In this document: in pieces, positions 45,499 through 54,921 of the stretch | How the letters are laid out: each line of letters starts with the position of its first letter | Numbering within the stretch: position 1 is the stretch's first letter | Origin: Escherichia coli | Lineage (GTDB): Bacteria; Pseudomonadota; Gammaproteobacteria; Enterobacterales; Enterobacteriaceae | Strand: one strand, 5' to 3' | DNA: 64,000 bases | Assembly: GCF_041886205.1 (NCBI RefSeq) | Contig: NZ_CP169029.1 | Made by a program: the position numbers and the translations under genes | The notes under the pieces: generated by a model | What the model was told of the DNA's origin: nothing | Database searches by the model: none | Seen by the model: the letters and a program-made list of their open reading frames with translations, nothing else

Positions 45499-46701
45499 TC
45501 AACTCCTGTCATGGAAAAGTGGTTGCCAGAGGTCGATTAGCCCCTGCATCAAGCCACCGCGCCAACAAAGCGCATCATGTCCGCCGTCAACCTGACGCCA
45601 GAAAATGGATTCTTTTATGGGGTGTAATTGCGCATACAGCGCCTGATTGGCCCGCATAATCATCGGCTCGCGAATACCCGCTTCCAGCACAATGCGCAGA
45701 CCTTCGGCGCTAACTTCACCAGCTTTAAGCTTTTCAAGTAACACGCCCTCTTGCTGCCCGCCCCGATGCGGCCACCAGTACGATCCTGACTGGCTTAATA
45801 CACAACCAAAACGTTCAGGCCAGTGCAGTCCGGCATACAGCGCGGAAAGTCCACCAAAACTCTGCCCGGCAACCACGGTGCGATCGGCGCGATCGCTAAA
45901 AGGGGCAATAGCTTTCACCAGGGGTAATAACTCTTGCTGTACTGCGAGCCAGAAATCCGCATTACACGGCAGTTCGTGAGCGCGGTGCGTGGTGTCGATA
46001 GCGTCGATCAACACATACACGGCGGGAGGAAGTTGCTGACGATGGGTCAGCGAAGTCAGCACAGGCCAGACGGGCATACTTTGCGCCCAAAATTCGCCAT
46101 CGAGCAAAACTGCCAGCGGACGTTCTTCTGCTGTTACATCGCCGGTGGTAAAAATCCATACACGCCGTGAATTTTTCAACCGTTCACTTTTCCAGATAAT
46201 TTCTTTGGCTGCTATTTCTGGCGCTTGCGGACAATCCCATCCCGGTTGCAGAGGCGCTTGCGGCATTTCGAGTGCAGAAACAGCGTGCCCTCGCCCGCCT
46301 TTCCAGCTTTGTGGATTCAGCGGATCGGCTATTGCCTGGGGTAATAGTTTTCGCCAGCCTTCACGTAATTCGAGGCGATCGGGGGATGGTGCAGAAAAAA
46401 TGTCATCGCGTTCGGTGGGAATAAAGCAGTAGCTGCCGCGCCAGTTGGCATTGAGTTGTGTCGTCCACTGCCAGACATCAGTACCTGCAATTCGCTGCAT
46501 CGACTGGGGCTGGCTGTTCTGATGATGATCGGTCACACCAGTGATGTAGATCCATACGCGCTTTATCGTCGAGTATTCTTCAGAACCTTGGGGATCACGC
46601 CACCAGAAAGTGACCTCAAACATTTCGTCATTCAGACGCTGCCATTCCGGGCCATGTTTCGACTGCCACCAGCTCTCACTTCCTACTTTTAACGCCGTCA
46701 C
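45499..46701 (-). CDS. fes: ferric enterobactin esterase Fes
   Basis: 400-aa ORF (GTG start) MTALKVGSESWWQSKHGPEWQRLNDEMF... Confidence 0.92.
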   Translation of the reverse strand: MTALKVGSESWWQSKHGPEWQRLNDEMFEVTFWWRDPQGSEEYSTIKRVWIYITGVTDHHQNSQPQSMQRIAGTDVWQWTTQLNANWRGSYCFIPTERDDIFSAPSPDRLELREGWRKLLPQAIADPLNPQSWKGGRGHAVSALEMPQAPLQPGWDCPQAPEIAAKEIIWKSERLKNSRRVWIFTTGDVTAEERPLAVLLDGEFWAQSMPVWPVLTSLTHRQQLPPAVYVLIDAIDTTHRAHELPCNADFWLAVQQELLPLVKAIAPFSDRADRTVVAGQSFGGLSALYAGLHWPERFGCVLSQSGSYWWPHRGGQQEGVLLEKLKAGEVSAEGLRIVLEAGIREPMIMRANQALYAQLHPIKESIFWRQVDGGHDALCWRGGLMQGLIDLWQPLFHDRS

Positions 46702-46719
46702 ACCATAACCCCATGTTTA

Positions 46720-46790
46720 CTGTGCAATTTTTCATTGATTGCAGAAATATATTGATAATATTATTGATAACTATTTGCATTTGCAATAGC
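46720..46790. promoter_or_regulatory. Fur-regulated divergent fes/fepA promoter region
   Basis: attGATAATATTATTGATAACTatttgcatttgcaatagc contains overlapping iron boxes. Confidence 0.7.
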
Positions 46791-46943
46791 GTAATGGCGC
46801 GCCGTGGGAAGCGCGGACATTTATTAACCAACTGCACTGCGTGTCTTTCAGGATCAAAGGTTTTCGCGGTAGCGGGATGCGTCGTGTTGAGGACGACCAT
46901 GCCCGACAGTTGCAATTCGTGGCAAAAATGCAGGAATAAAACA

Positions 46944-49184
46944 ATGAACAAGAAGATTCATTCCCTGGCCTTGTTGGTCAATCTGGGGATTTATGGGGTA
47001 GCGCAGGCACAAGAGCCGACCGATACTCCTGTTTCACATGACGATACCATTGTCGTTACCGCCGCCGAGCAGAACTTACAGGCGCCTGGCGTTTCGACCA
47101 TCACCGCAGATGAAATCCGCAAAAACCCCGTTGCCCGCGATGTGTCGGAGATCATCCGTACCATGCCAGGCGTTAACCTGACCGGTAACTCCACCAGTGG
47201 TCAGCGTGGGAATAACCGACAGATTGATATTCGCGGTATGGGTCCGGAAAACACGCTGATTTTGATTGACGGCAAACCGGTCAGCAGCCGTAACTCGGTG
47301 CGTCAGGGCTGGCGTGGCGAGCGCGATACCCGTGGTGATACTTCCTGGGTGCCGCCTGAAATGATTGAACGTATTGAAGTTCTGCGTGGTCCGGCAGCAG
47401 CGCGTTATGGCAACGGCGCGGCGGGTGGCGTAGTTAACATCATTACCAAAAAAGGCAGCGGTGAGTGGCACGGTTCCTGGGACGCTTATTTCAATGCGCC
47501 AGAACATAAAGAGGAAGGTGCCACTAAACGCACCAACTTCAGCCTGACCGGTCCGCTGGGCGACGAATTCAGCTTCCGCTTGTATGGCAACCTCGACAAA
47601 ACCCAGGCTGACGCGTGGGATATCAACCAGGGCCATCAGTCCGCGCGTGCTGGAACGTATGCCACGACGTTACCAGCCGGGCGCGAAGGGGTGATCAACA
47701 AAGATATTAATGGTGTCATTCGTTGGGATTTCGCACCTATGCAGTCACTCGAACTGGAAGCGGGCTACAGCCGCCAAGGTAACCTGTATGCGGGCGATAC
47801 CCAGAACACCAATTCTGACGCTTACACTCGCTCGAAATATGGCGATGAAACCAACCGCCTGTATCGCCAGAACTACGCGCTGACCTGGAACGGTGGCTGG
47901 GATAACGGCGTGACCACCAGCAACTGGGTGCAGTACGAACACACCCGTAACTCGCGTATTCCGGAAGGTCTGGCAGGCGGTACCGAAGGGAAATTTAACG
48001 AAAAAGCGACACAGGATTTCGTCGATATCGATCTCGATGACGTGATGCTGCACAGCGAAGTTAACCTGCCGATTGATTTCCTCGTTAACCAGACGCTGAC
48101 GCTGGGTACGGAGTGGAATCAGCAGCGGATGAAGGACTTAAGTTCCAACACCCAGGCGCTGACCGGAACGAATACCGGTGGCGCTATTGATGGCGTGAGT
48201 GCCACCGACCGTAGCCCGTATTCAAAAGCAGAAATTTTCTCGCTGTTTGCCGAAAACAACATGGAGCTGACTGACAGCACCATCGTAACGCCGGGGCTGC
48301 GTTTCGATCATCACAGTATTGTCGGCAATAACTGGAGCCCGGCGCTCAACATATCGCAAGGTTTAGGCGATGACTTCACGCTGAAAATGGGCATTGCCCG
48401 CGCCTATAAAGCGCCGAGCCTGTACCAGACTAACCCGAACTACATTCTCTACAGTAAAGGTCAGGGCTGCTATGCCAGCGCGGGCGGCTGCTATCTGCAA
48501 GGTAACGATGACCTGAAAGCAGAAACCAGCATCAACAAAGAGATTGGTCTGGAGTTCAAGCGCGACGGCTGGCTGGCGGGCGTCACCTGGTTCCGTAACG
48601 ATTATCGCAATAAGATTGAAGCGGGCTATGTGGCTGTAGGGCAAAACGCAGTCGGCACCGATCTCTATCAGTGGGATAACGTGCCGAAAGCGGTGGTTGA
48701 AGGTCTGGAAGGATCGTTAAACGTACCGGTTAGCGAAACGGTGATGTGGACTAATAACATCACTTATATGCTGAAGAGTGAAAACAAAACCACGGGCGAC
48801 CGTTTGTCGATCATCCCGGAGTATACGTTGAACTCAACGCTGAGCTGGCAGGCACGGGAAGATTTGTCGATGCAAACGACCTTCACCTGGTACGGCAAGC
48901 AGCAGCCGAAGAAGTACAACTATAAAGGTCAGCCAGCAGTTGGCCCGGAAACCAAAGAAATCAGTCCGTACAGCATTGTTGGCCTGAGCGCGACCTGGGA
49001 TGTGACGAAGAACGTCAGTCTGATCGGCGGCGTGGACAACCTGTTCGACAAACGTTTGTGGCGTGCGGGTAATGCCCAGACCACGGGCGATTTGGCAGGA
49101 GCCAACTATATCGCGGGTGCCGGGGCGTATACCTATAACGAGCCGGGACGTACGTGGTACATGAGCGTTAATACTCACTTCTGA
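46944..49184 (+). CDS. fepA: TonB-dependent ferric enterobactin outer membrane receptor FepA
   Basis: 746-aa ORF MNKKIHSLALLVNLGIYGVAQAQEPTD... ending in C-terminal F; 77-codon upstream extension in ORF track rejected. Confidence 0.95.
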   Translation: MNKKIHSLALLVNLGIYGVAQAQEPTDTPVSHDDTIVVTAAEQNLQAPGVSTITADEIRKNPVARDVSEIIRTMPGVNLTGNSTSGQRGNNRQIDIRGMGPENTLILIDGKPVSSRNSVRQGWRGERDTRGDTSWVPPEMIERIEVLRGPAAARYGNGAAGGVVNIITKKGSGEWHGSWDAYFNAPEHKEEGATKRTNFSLTGPLGDEFSFRLYGNLDKTQADAWDINQGHQSARAGTYATTLPAGREGVINKDINGVIRWDFAPMQSLELEAGYSRQGNLYAGDTQNTNSDAYTRSKYGDETNRLYRQNYALTWNGGWDNGVTTSNWVQYEHTRNSRIPEGLAGGTEGKFNEKATQDFVDIDLDDVMLHSEVNLPIDFLVNQTLTLGTEWNQQRMKDLSSNTQALTGTNTGGAIDGVSATDRSPYSKAEIFSLFAENNMELTDSTIVTPGLRFDHHSIVGNNWSPALNISQGLGDDFTLKMGIARAYKAPSLYQTNPNYILYSKGQGCYASAGGCYLQGNDDLKAETSINKEIGLEFKRDGWLAGVTWFRNDYRNKIEAGYVAVGQNAVGTDLYQWDNVPKAVVEGLEGSLNVPVSETVMWTNNITYMLKSENKTTGDRLSIIPEYTLNSTLSWQAREDLSMQTTFTWYGKQQPKKYNYKGQPAVGPETKEISPYSIVGLSATWDVTKNVSLIGGVDNLFDKRLWRAGNAQTTGDLAGANYIAGAGAYTYNEPGRTWYMSVNTHF

Positions 49185-49223
49185 TGCTAACGTCAGATTG
49201 TTGACAAAGTGCGCGTCGTTCAT

Positions 49224-49324
49224 GCCGGATGCGGCGTGAACGCCTTATCAGGCCTACAAAAATCTTGTCAATTCAATATATTGCAGGATCACGTAGGCCT
49301 GATAAGCGTAGCGCATCAGGCAGT
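49224..49324. repeat. BIME: two REP elements in inverted orientation between fepA and entD
   Basis: GCCGGATGCGGCGTGAACGCCTTATCAGGCCTAC at 49224-49257 and GTAGGCCTGATAAGCGTAGCGCATCAGGCAG at 49294-49324. Confidence 0.85.
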
Positions 49325-49358
49325 TTTGCGTTTGTCATCAGTCTCTAATATGGTCGAC

Positions 49359-49979
49359 ATGAAAACTACGCATACCACCCTCCCCTTTGCCGGAAATACG
49401 CTGCATTTTGTTGAGTTCGATCCGGCGAGTTTTTGTGAGCAGGATTTACTCTGGCTGCCACACTACGCGCAACTGCAACACGCTGGACGGAAGCGCAAAG
49501 CCGAACATTTAGCCGGACGAGTCGCCGCCGTTCATGCTTTACGAGAGTATGGTTTGAAAGGCACACCTGCAATTGGTCGTCATCGCCAGCCTGTCTGGCC
49601 TGCGGAGGTATACGGCAGTATTAGCCACTGCGGGGCTACGGCATTGGCCGTGGTATCCCGTCAACCGATTGGTATTGATATCGAAGAAATTTTTTCTGCG
49701 CAAACAGCGACCGAATTGACAGACAACATTATTACACCAGCAGAACACGAGCGACTCGCAGACTGCGGTTTAGCCTTTTCTCTGGCGCTGACACTGGCAT
49801 TTTCCGCCAAAGAGAGCGCATTTAAGGCAAGTGAGATCCAAACTGATGCAGGTTTTCTGGACTATCAGATAATTAGCTGGAATAAACAGCAGGTCATCAT
49901 TCATCGTGAGAATGAGATATTTGCTGTGCACTGGCAGATAAAAGAGAAAATAGTCATAACTCTGTGCCAACACGATTAA
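49359..49979 (+). CDS. entD: enterobactin synthase phosphopantetheinyl transferase EntD
   Basis: 206-aa ORF MKTTHTTLPFAGNTLHFVEFDPASF...; ATG confirmed at 49359. Confidence 0.92.
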   Translation: MKTTHTTLPFAGNTLHFVEFDPASFCEQDLLWLPHYAQLQHAGRKRKAEHLAGRVAAVHALREYGLKGTPAIGRHRQPVWPAEVYGSISHCGATALAVVSRQPIGIDIEEIFSAQTATELTDNIITPAEHERLADCGLAFSLALTLAFSAKESAFKASEIQTDAGFLDYQIISWNKQQVIIHRENEIFAVHWQIKEKIVITLCQHD

Positions 49980-49998
49980 TTGACCACATCTGGTACGA

Positions 49999-50089
49999 TT
50001 CGCCCGCAGCCATCACTGACCGCGGGCGAAAGTGTAAAGCAGGTGCCTTACCACCCTGACCTGACAACCGGATATGCGGGGATTACTCC
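49999..50089 (-). repeat. hok mRNA 3'-end segment, copy 1 (contains hairpin CGCCCGC-N14-GCGGGCG), cut off from hokE by IS186-A
   Basis: 91-bp block about 98% identical to 51849-51941; ends in the IS186 target duplication. Confidence 0.7.
50080..50089. repeat. 10-bp target-site duplication of IS186-A (GGATTACTCC; second copy 51429-51438)
   Basis: identical decamer directly abutting both IS186-A ends. Confidence 0.85.
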
Positions 50090-51428
50090 CATAAGCGCTA
50101 ACTTAAGGGTTGAACCATCTGAAGAATGCGACGCCTCGGTGCCTCGTTAAGACGATGCCTCGCGTTCTTCAATTGCGTTTTGTAGGCTGTCAGGGATACT
50201 GTCCCACGAATGGCCACCTGTAAGCTCCAGATGACCATTTTTGTTATTCTCCACAACGAGTTAGTTCTTCTTTTCGGATCCGGCACTTCTGGGGGGGAAA
50301 TCCAGCGATGGCTGGATTATGTCGTCAATTAAAAATGCGGCGAGTAGATTAGCAAATATCCACGCTTTCGCGAGTTCAGGTTCCTTTGCACGCAAAGCAT
50401 CCAGGTGCAGCAAACTTTTGAGCCGCTTAAAAGCCAGTTCAATTTGCCATCGCAGACGGTAACAATCAGCCACTTGCTCTGCTGAATATTCATCTTCCGG
50501 TAATGATGTTAGCAATAGCACATGGCCCGCTGCTTCCAGCGTTTCCGCCTGAACTACTCGTCCTTTTCGACGATTCTCGCTGAGCAGTCGGGTTTTACTG
50601 ATTAATGCTTTTTCGGGAGGAAGTGATACGGCAATGAGACGTGCCGGAAAGGGAGCTCCGGCTTTTTTATTACCTGAATTGCCTATCATTACAGTGGTTT
50701 CACCGTTCTTACCGCAATCCAGCCCGCGCAGAAAACCCATCATGTCAAAGCGCATTCCTTCTGCAGTTAACCAGCGCAATCCTCGCCAGTGAACCCGGAC
50801 GATATAATCAGCTTCTCCAAAAGCAAGTGAGCGGATACATTCGGGACGCGAACCGAATCCCCGGTCAGCAATGCGTATCTCGTCTGCCGTTTGCGCAAAT
50901 CGGTCCAGCCGTTCAGCGTCTCTGCTGTCGGTTAGCTCAAAATCAGTGAACTGACAGGTATGAGGATCATATCCCATATGTAGTCGCCATTCAGCGCTGC
51001 CGCCCCCGGGCGCACTGATTGCTGTTCCATCGACAAGACGCAATCTCTTTCCGCTTGTACAACCCGTAACTGCGGCGCGTACAGCAAGTGTTTGTGCGGC
51101 AAGTATGCCAAACCAGTCGGCGGCATTCCGCAGCCGCTTCAGGAGAGCCACGTCAGATAATGTTGCAACGTCATGGAGCTGAGCCCATGCAGTGACTTCA
51201 CGTAATGACATCCCCCCGGGGCCGTAAGCCAGCCCCAGACGTAGCAGAGTTGCAGCATCACGAATTTCGCGGCGGCGGGTTAGAGCCCCGGCATTACGTG
51301 CCGAAGTATCCAGTTCTTCGGGCTTACCAATATGGGCCAGAATTGCTGACCAGTTATCGTGAGAGTAATTCATCGGCACGTTAAATCATATCAGGCGTAA
51401 TACCACAACCCTTAAGTTAGCGCTTATG
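50090..51428 (-). mobile_element. IS186 (IS4 family) copy A
   Basis: 1339 bp; perfect 23-bp terminal inverted repeats CATAAGCGCTAACTTAAGGGTTG at 50090-50112 and 51406-51428; encodes InsL. Confidence 0.95.
50261..51373 (-). CDS. insL: IS186 transposase InsL
   Basis: 370-aa ORF MNYSHDNWSAILAHIGKPEELDTSARNAG... Confidence 0.95.
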   Translation of the reverse strand: MNYSHDNWSAILAHIGKPEELDTSARNAGALTRRREIRDAATLLRLGLAYGPGGMSLREVTAWAQLHDVATLSDVALLKRLRNAADWFGILAAQTLAVRAAVTGCTSGKRLRLVDGTAISAPGGGSAEWRLHMGYDPHTCQFTDFELTDSRDAERLDRFAQTADEIRIADRGFGSRPECIRSLAFGEADYIVRVHWRGLRWLTAEGMRFDMMGFLRGLDCGKNGETTVMIGNSGNKKAGAPFPARLIAVSLPPEKALISKTRLLSENRRKGRVVQAETLEAAGHVLLLTSLPEDEYSAEQVADCYRLRWQIELAFKRLKSLLHLDALRAKEPELAKAWIFANLLAAFLIDDIIQPSLDFPPRSAGSEKKN

Positions 51429-51449
51429 GGATTACTCCCCGCACAGCGG

Positions 51450-51602
51450 CTACTTCTTCGGTTCGTAAGCGAGAACAGCCTTAAACTCAATATTACGTTC
51501 CTTTACCGTAAACTCACACAACGAGTCTCCGACCAGAAGCGTAAATCCCAGCACCGTCAAACACAGCACTATGACTGCCACAAGGGCATATTTCGTCAGC
51601 AT
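51450..51602 (-). CDS. hokE: Hok-family type I toxin HokE (an in-frame upstream mok extension runs to 51701)
   Basis: 50-aa [53 protein letters not shown]; ATG at 51602. Confidence 0.9.
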   Translation of the reverse strand: MLTKYALVAVIVLCLTVLGFTLLVGDSLCEFTVKERNIEFKAVLAYEPKK

Positions 51603-51848
51603 GTTTATATTGCCTCCATGCGAAGAAGGGACTACCATCCGAGTTGTTGAGGTTCGGAGTGGCAGCCCCAGGATTGATAGAAATTTCTCCTGGGGCTTCA
51701 TCTTTCCAGACCTCAGAGTTAACCTGAAACCGGAAAGCTTCAGGCACCCGCCGTTATCTTACCCTTCCTTAGCAAAATAGCTGTTTATTTATACAGTGAG
51801 TCCTGTTTCGGACTTCTGTCAGCAAAACTCATCATTGCTCTTAAAACG

Positions 51849-51941
51849 AAATCGCCCGCAGCCATCACTGACCGCGGGCGAAAGTGTAAAGCAGGTGCCT
51901 TACCATCCTGACCTGACAACCGGATATGCGGGGATTGCTCC
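51849..51941 (-). repeat. hok mRNA 3'-end segment, copy 2, cut off from the second hok copy by IS186-B
   Basis: near-identical to 49999-50089 (2 SNPs). Confidence 0.7.
51932..51941. repeat. 10-bp target-site duplication of IS186-B (GGATTGCTCC; second copy 53281-53290)
   Basis: identical decamer abutting both ends of IS186-B; differs by one base from the IS186-A duplication. Confidence 0.85.
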
Positions 51942-53280
51942 CATAAGCGCTAACTTAAGGGTTGTGGTATTACGCCTGATATGATTTAACGTGCCGATGA
52001 ATTACTCTCACGATAACTGGTCAGCAATTCTGGCCCATATTGGTAAGCCCGAAGAACTGGATACTTCGGCACGTAATGCCGGGGCTCTAACCCGCCGCCG
52101 CGAAATTCGTGATGCTGCAACTCTGCTACGTCTGGGGCTGGCTTACGGCCCCGGGGGGATGTCATTACGTGAAGTCACTGCATGGGCTCAGCTCCATGAC
52201 GTTGCAACATTATCTGACGTGGCTCTCCTGAAGCGGCTGCGGAATGCCGCCGACTGGTTTGGCATACTTGCCGCACAAACACTTGCTGTACGCGCCGCAG
52301 TTACGGGTTGTACAAGCGGAAAGAGATTGCGTCTTGTCGATGGAACAGCAATCAGTGCGCCCGGGGGCGGCAGCGCTGAATGGCGACTACATATGGGATA
52401 TGATCCTCATACCTGTCAGTTCACTGATTTTGAGCTAACCGACAGCAGAGACGCTGAACGGCTGGACCGATTTGCGCAAACGGCAGACGAGATACGCATT
52501 GCTGACCGGGGATTCGGTTCGCGTCCCGAATGTATCCGCTCACTTGCTTTTGGAGAAGCTGATTATATCGTCCGGGTTCACTGGCGAGGATTGCGCTGGT
52601 TAACTGCAGAAGGAATGCGCTTTGACATGATGGGTTTTCTGCGCGGGCTGGATTGCGGTAAGAACGGTGAAACCACTGTAATGATAGGCAATTCAGGTAA
52701 TAAAAAAGCCGGAGCTCCCTTTCCGGCACGTCTCATTGCCGTATCACTTCCTCCCGAAAAAGCATTAATCAGTAAAACCCGACTGCTCAGCGAGAATCGT
52801 CGAAAAGGACGAGTAGTTCAGGCGGAAACGCTGGAAGCAGCGGGCCATGTGCTATTGCTAACATCATTACCGGAAGATGAATATTCAGCAGAGCAAGTGG
52901 CTGATTGTTACCGTCTGCGATGGCAAATTGAACTGGCTTTTAAGCGGCTCAAAAGTTTGCTGCACCTGGATGCTTTGCGTGCAAAGGAACCTGAACTCGC
53001 GAAAGCGTGGATATTTGCTAATCTACTCGCCGCATTTTTAATTGACGACATAATCCAGCCATCGCTGGATTTCCCCCCCAGAAGTGCCGGATCCGAAAAG
53101 AAGAACTAACTCGTTGTGGAGAATAACAAAAATGGTCATCTGGAGCTTACAGGTGGCCATTCGTGGGACAGTATCCCTGACAGCCTACAAAACGCAATTG
53201 AAGAACGCGAGGCATCGTCTTAACGAGGCACCGAGGCGTCGCATTCTTCAGATGGTTCAACCCTTAAGTTAGCGCTTATG
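51942..53280 (+). mobile_element. IS186 (IS4 family) copy B, inverted relative to copy A
   Basis: 1339 bp; same 23-bp terminal inverted repeats at 51942-51964 and 53258-53280; encoded protein identical to copy A. Confidence 0.95.
51997..53109 (+). CDS. insL: IS186 transposase InsL
   Basis: 370-aa ORF identical to the copy-A transposase. Confidence 0.95.
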   Translation: MNYSHDNWSAILAHIGKPEELDTSARNAGALTRRREIRDAATLLRLGLAYGPGGMSLREVTAWAQLHDVATLSDVALLKRLRNAADWFGILAAQTLAVRAAVTGCTSGKRLRLVDGTAISAPGGGSAEWRLHMGYDPHTCQFTDFELTDSRDAERLDRFAQTADEIRIADRGFGSRPECIRSLAFGEADYIVRVHWRGLRWLTAEGMRFDMMGFLRGLDCGKNGETTVMIGNSGNKKAGAPFPARLIAVSLPPEKALISKTRLLSENRRKGRVVQAETLEAAGHVLLLTSLPEDEYSAEQVADCYRLRWQIELAFKRLKSLLHLDALRAKEPELAKAWIFANLLAAFLIDDIIQPSLDFPPRSAGSEKKN

Positions 53281-53301
53281 GGATTGCTCCCCGCACAACG
53301 G

Positions 53302-53454
53302 CTACTTCTTCGGTTCGTAAGCGAGAACAGCCTTAAACTCAATATTACGTTCCTTCACCGTAAACTCACACAGCGAGTCGCCGACCAGAAGCGTAAATCC
53401 CAGCACCGTTAAACACAGTACTATGACTGCCGCAAGGGCATATTTCGTCAGCAT
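53302..53454 (-). CDS. second Hok-family toxin paralog (ORF intact; mok leader interrupted by IS150)
   Basis: 50-aa [53 protein letters not shown], one substitution versus HokE. Confidence 0.75.
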   Translation of the reverse strand: MLTKYALAAVIVLCLTVLGFTLLVGDSLCEFTVKERNIEFKAVLAYEPKK

Positions 53455-53551
53455 GTTTATATTGCCTCCATGCGAAGAAGGGACTACCATCCAAATTGTT
53501 CAGGTTTGGGTAGGTAGCCCTAGGGTGTACTGACCCCAAAAAGTTGGACAG

Positions 53552-54403
53552 TTAAACACGAGGCATATAGGTCTGATTCCGATATTCAATTGGAGTCAGA
53601 CCTTTTAATTTCAGGCTAATTCTTCTGCTGTTGTAGTATTCAATATATTCCGTAACAGCATCCTTCAGTTCGCTTATATTACTGAACTCATCAAGATAAA
53701 AACACTCCGACTTTAAGGTTCCAAAGAAACACTCCACCACAGCATTATCCAGACAATTGCCTTTTCTGGACATGCTTTGTTTAATACCATGTTCTTTAAG
53801 GATATTTTGATATCTTCTCATACGATACTGCCATCCCTGGTCAGAGTGCAGAACAGGATGCTCGTGAGGATTAAGCTTTTTGAATGCCTGATCGAGCATA
53901 TTCTCAACCATGTTCATCACTGGTCTTTCCGAAAGGCTGTAAGAAATAACTTCATTGTTGAAGAGATCTATTACTGGAGACAAATACAGCTTGCGCCCAT
54001 TGACTGCAAATTCAGTAACATCGGTAACCCACTTCTCGTTTGGCCGCGTAGCCTTGAAATCTCTTTGGAGAACATTGGGGGCGGTTTGCCCTACCTCTCT
54101 TCTGTAAGAGCGGTATCGCTTGACCTTAATCGCTGCCTTAAGTGAGAGGGTTCCCATCAGGCGCTGAACAGCTTTATGGTTAATCTGTTTCCCTTCTCGA
54201 TGAAGAGACAGCGTTACCCTACGGTATCCGTATCGGCCTCTATTCTCATGATAAATCTCACCAATACGCTTTTTAACGCCCGCATACTTGTCAGGCTTGC
54301 TGAGAGCCTTTAGATGGTAATAAAACGTACTGCGCGGTATCTCCGCAGCCCTGAGAAGCTCATCAAGAGGATAAAACTGCCTTAGCTCGTTGAGTACTTT
54401 CAC
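53552..54403 (-). CDS. insK: IS150 transposase OrfB (InsB; catalytic DDE domain)
   Basis: 283-aa [33 protein letters not shown]... Confidence 0.9.
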   Translation of the reverse strand: MKVLNELRQFYPLDELLRAAEIPRSTFYYHLKALSKPDKYAGVKKRIGEIYHENRGRYGYRRVTLSLHREGKQINHKAVQRLMGTLSLKAAIKVKRYRSYRREVGQTAPNVLQRDFKATRPNEKWVTDVTEFAVNGRKLYLSPVIDLFNNEVISYSLSERPVMNMVENMLDQAFKKLNPHEHPVLHSDQGWQYRMRRYQNILKEHGIKQSMSRKGNCLDNAVVECFFGTLKSECFYLDEFSNISELKDAVTEYIEYYNSRRISLKLKGLTPIEYRNQTYMPRV

Positions 54404-54921
54404 TTTTTCGTGGGATGAGCTAAGGCTTTCAGCTTTTTTAGATACACAAGCCGCGTTTCAAGAAATCGAACTTGCCTTTCAAGATCCTCAATGCGTCGGT
54501 CTTTTGACAGCTCCAATGCTGATGCCGCTTTTTCTGGATCAACTGATATTGCAATGTTTCTTTTGGTGCCAATCTTGAGCGCGCGTAAACCAGCTTCTCC
54601 GCGATCTTCATAAACCTTCAGCCACCTGGCTACAGAACCACTACCAGCAAGCATAAAGTGAGCAGCAGCCTGATTAAGGGACATGTGCTGCTCGATCACA
54701 GCTTTCACGACCTTAATACGCAACTCTGGATCAGCACTAACGCCTTTAGGTTTGGGAATTAAACCTTTTTCTCCATGTTTTTCATAGAGGGCAACCCATG
54801 TCCTGACCTGGGTTCGGGGGACACCAAAACGTGCCGAGATGATCCTGTAACCATCATCAGTTGTGAAGTAGTGATTCACGACTTCAAGGCGCTTTTCAAA
54901 AGGGTATTTTGGCTTTGACAT
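54400..54921 (-). CDS. insJ: IS150 OrfA (InsA; HTH DNA-binding)
   Basis: 173-aa ORF MSKPKYPFEKRLEVVNHYFTTDDGYRIISARF... Confidence 0.9.
   Translation of the reverse strand: MSKPKYPFEKRLEVVNHYFTTDDGYRIISARFGVPRTQVRTWVALYEKHGEKGLIPKPKGVSADPELRIKVVKAVIEQHMSLNQAAAHFMLAGSGSVARWLKVYEDRGEAGLRALKIGTKRNIAISVDPEKAASALELSKDRRIEDLERQVRFLETRLVYLKKLKALAHPTKK
54433..54439 (-). promoter_or_regulatory. programmed -1 ribosomal frameshift heptamer (A AAA AAG) joining IS150 orfA to orfB
   Basis: CTAAAAAAG near the end of orfA in the orfA/orfB overlap, as described for IS3-family elements. Confidence 0.6.

Noticed and set aside
46713-46943. N-terminally extended ORF-track versions of fepA (823 aa), citC (381 aa), fepC (318 aa), dsbG (268 aa), dpiB, pagP, cspE, entA, fepE
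   Set aside because: The extensions come from alternative upstream start codons or read through promoter regions; the canonical protein N-termini begin at internal ATG or GTG codons, often with signal peptides, so starts were trimmed.
51603-51850. Explicit coordinates for a Sok antisense RNA and hok promoter in the hokE leader
   Set aside because: The region is clearly homologous to a hok/mok leader, but I could not place -10/-35 elements or the Sok terminator confidently by eye, so no ncRNA feature was called.
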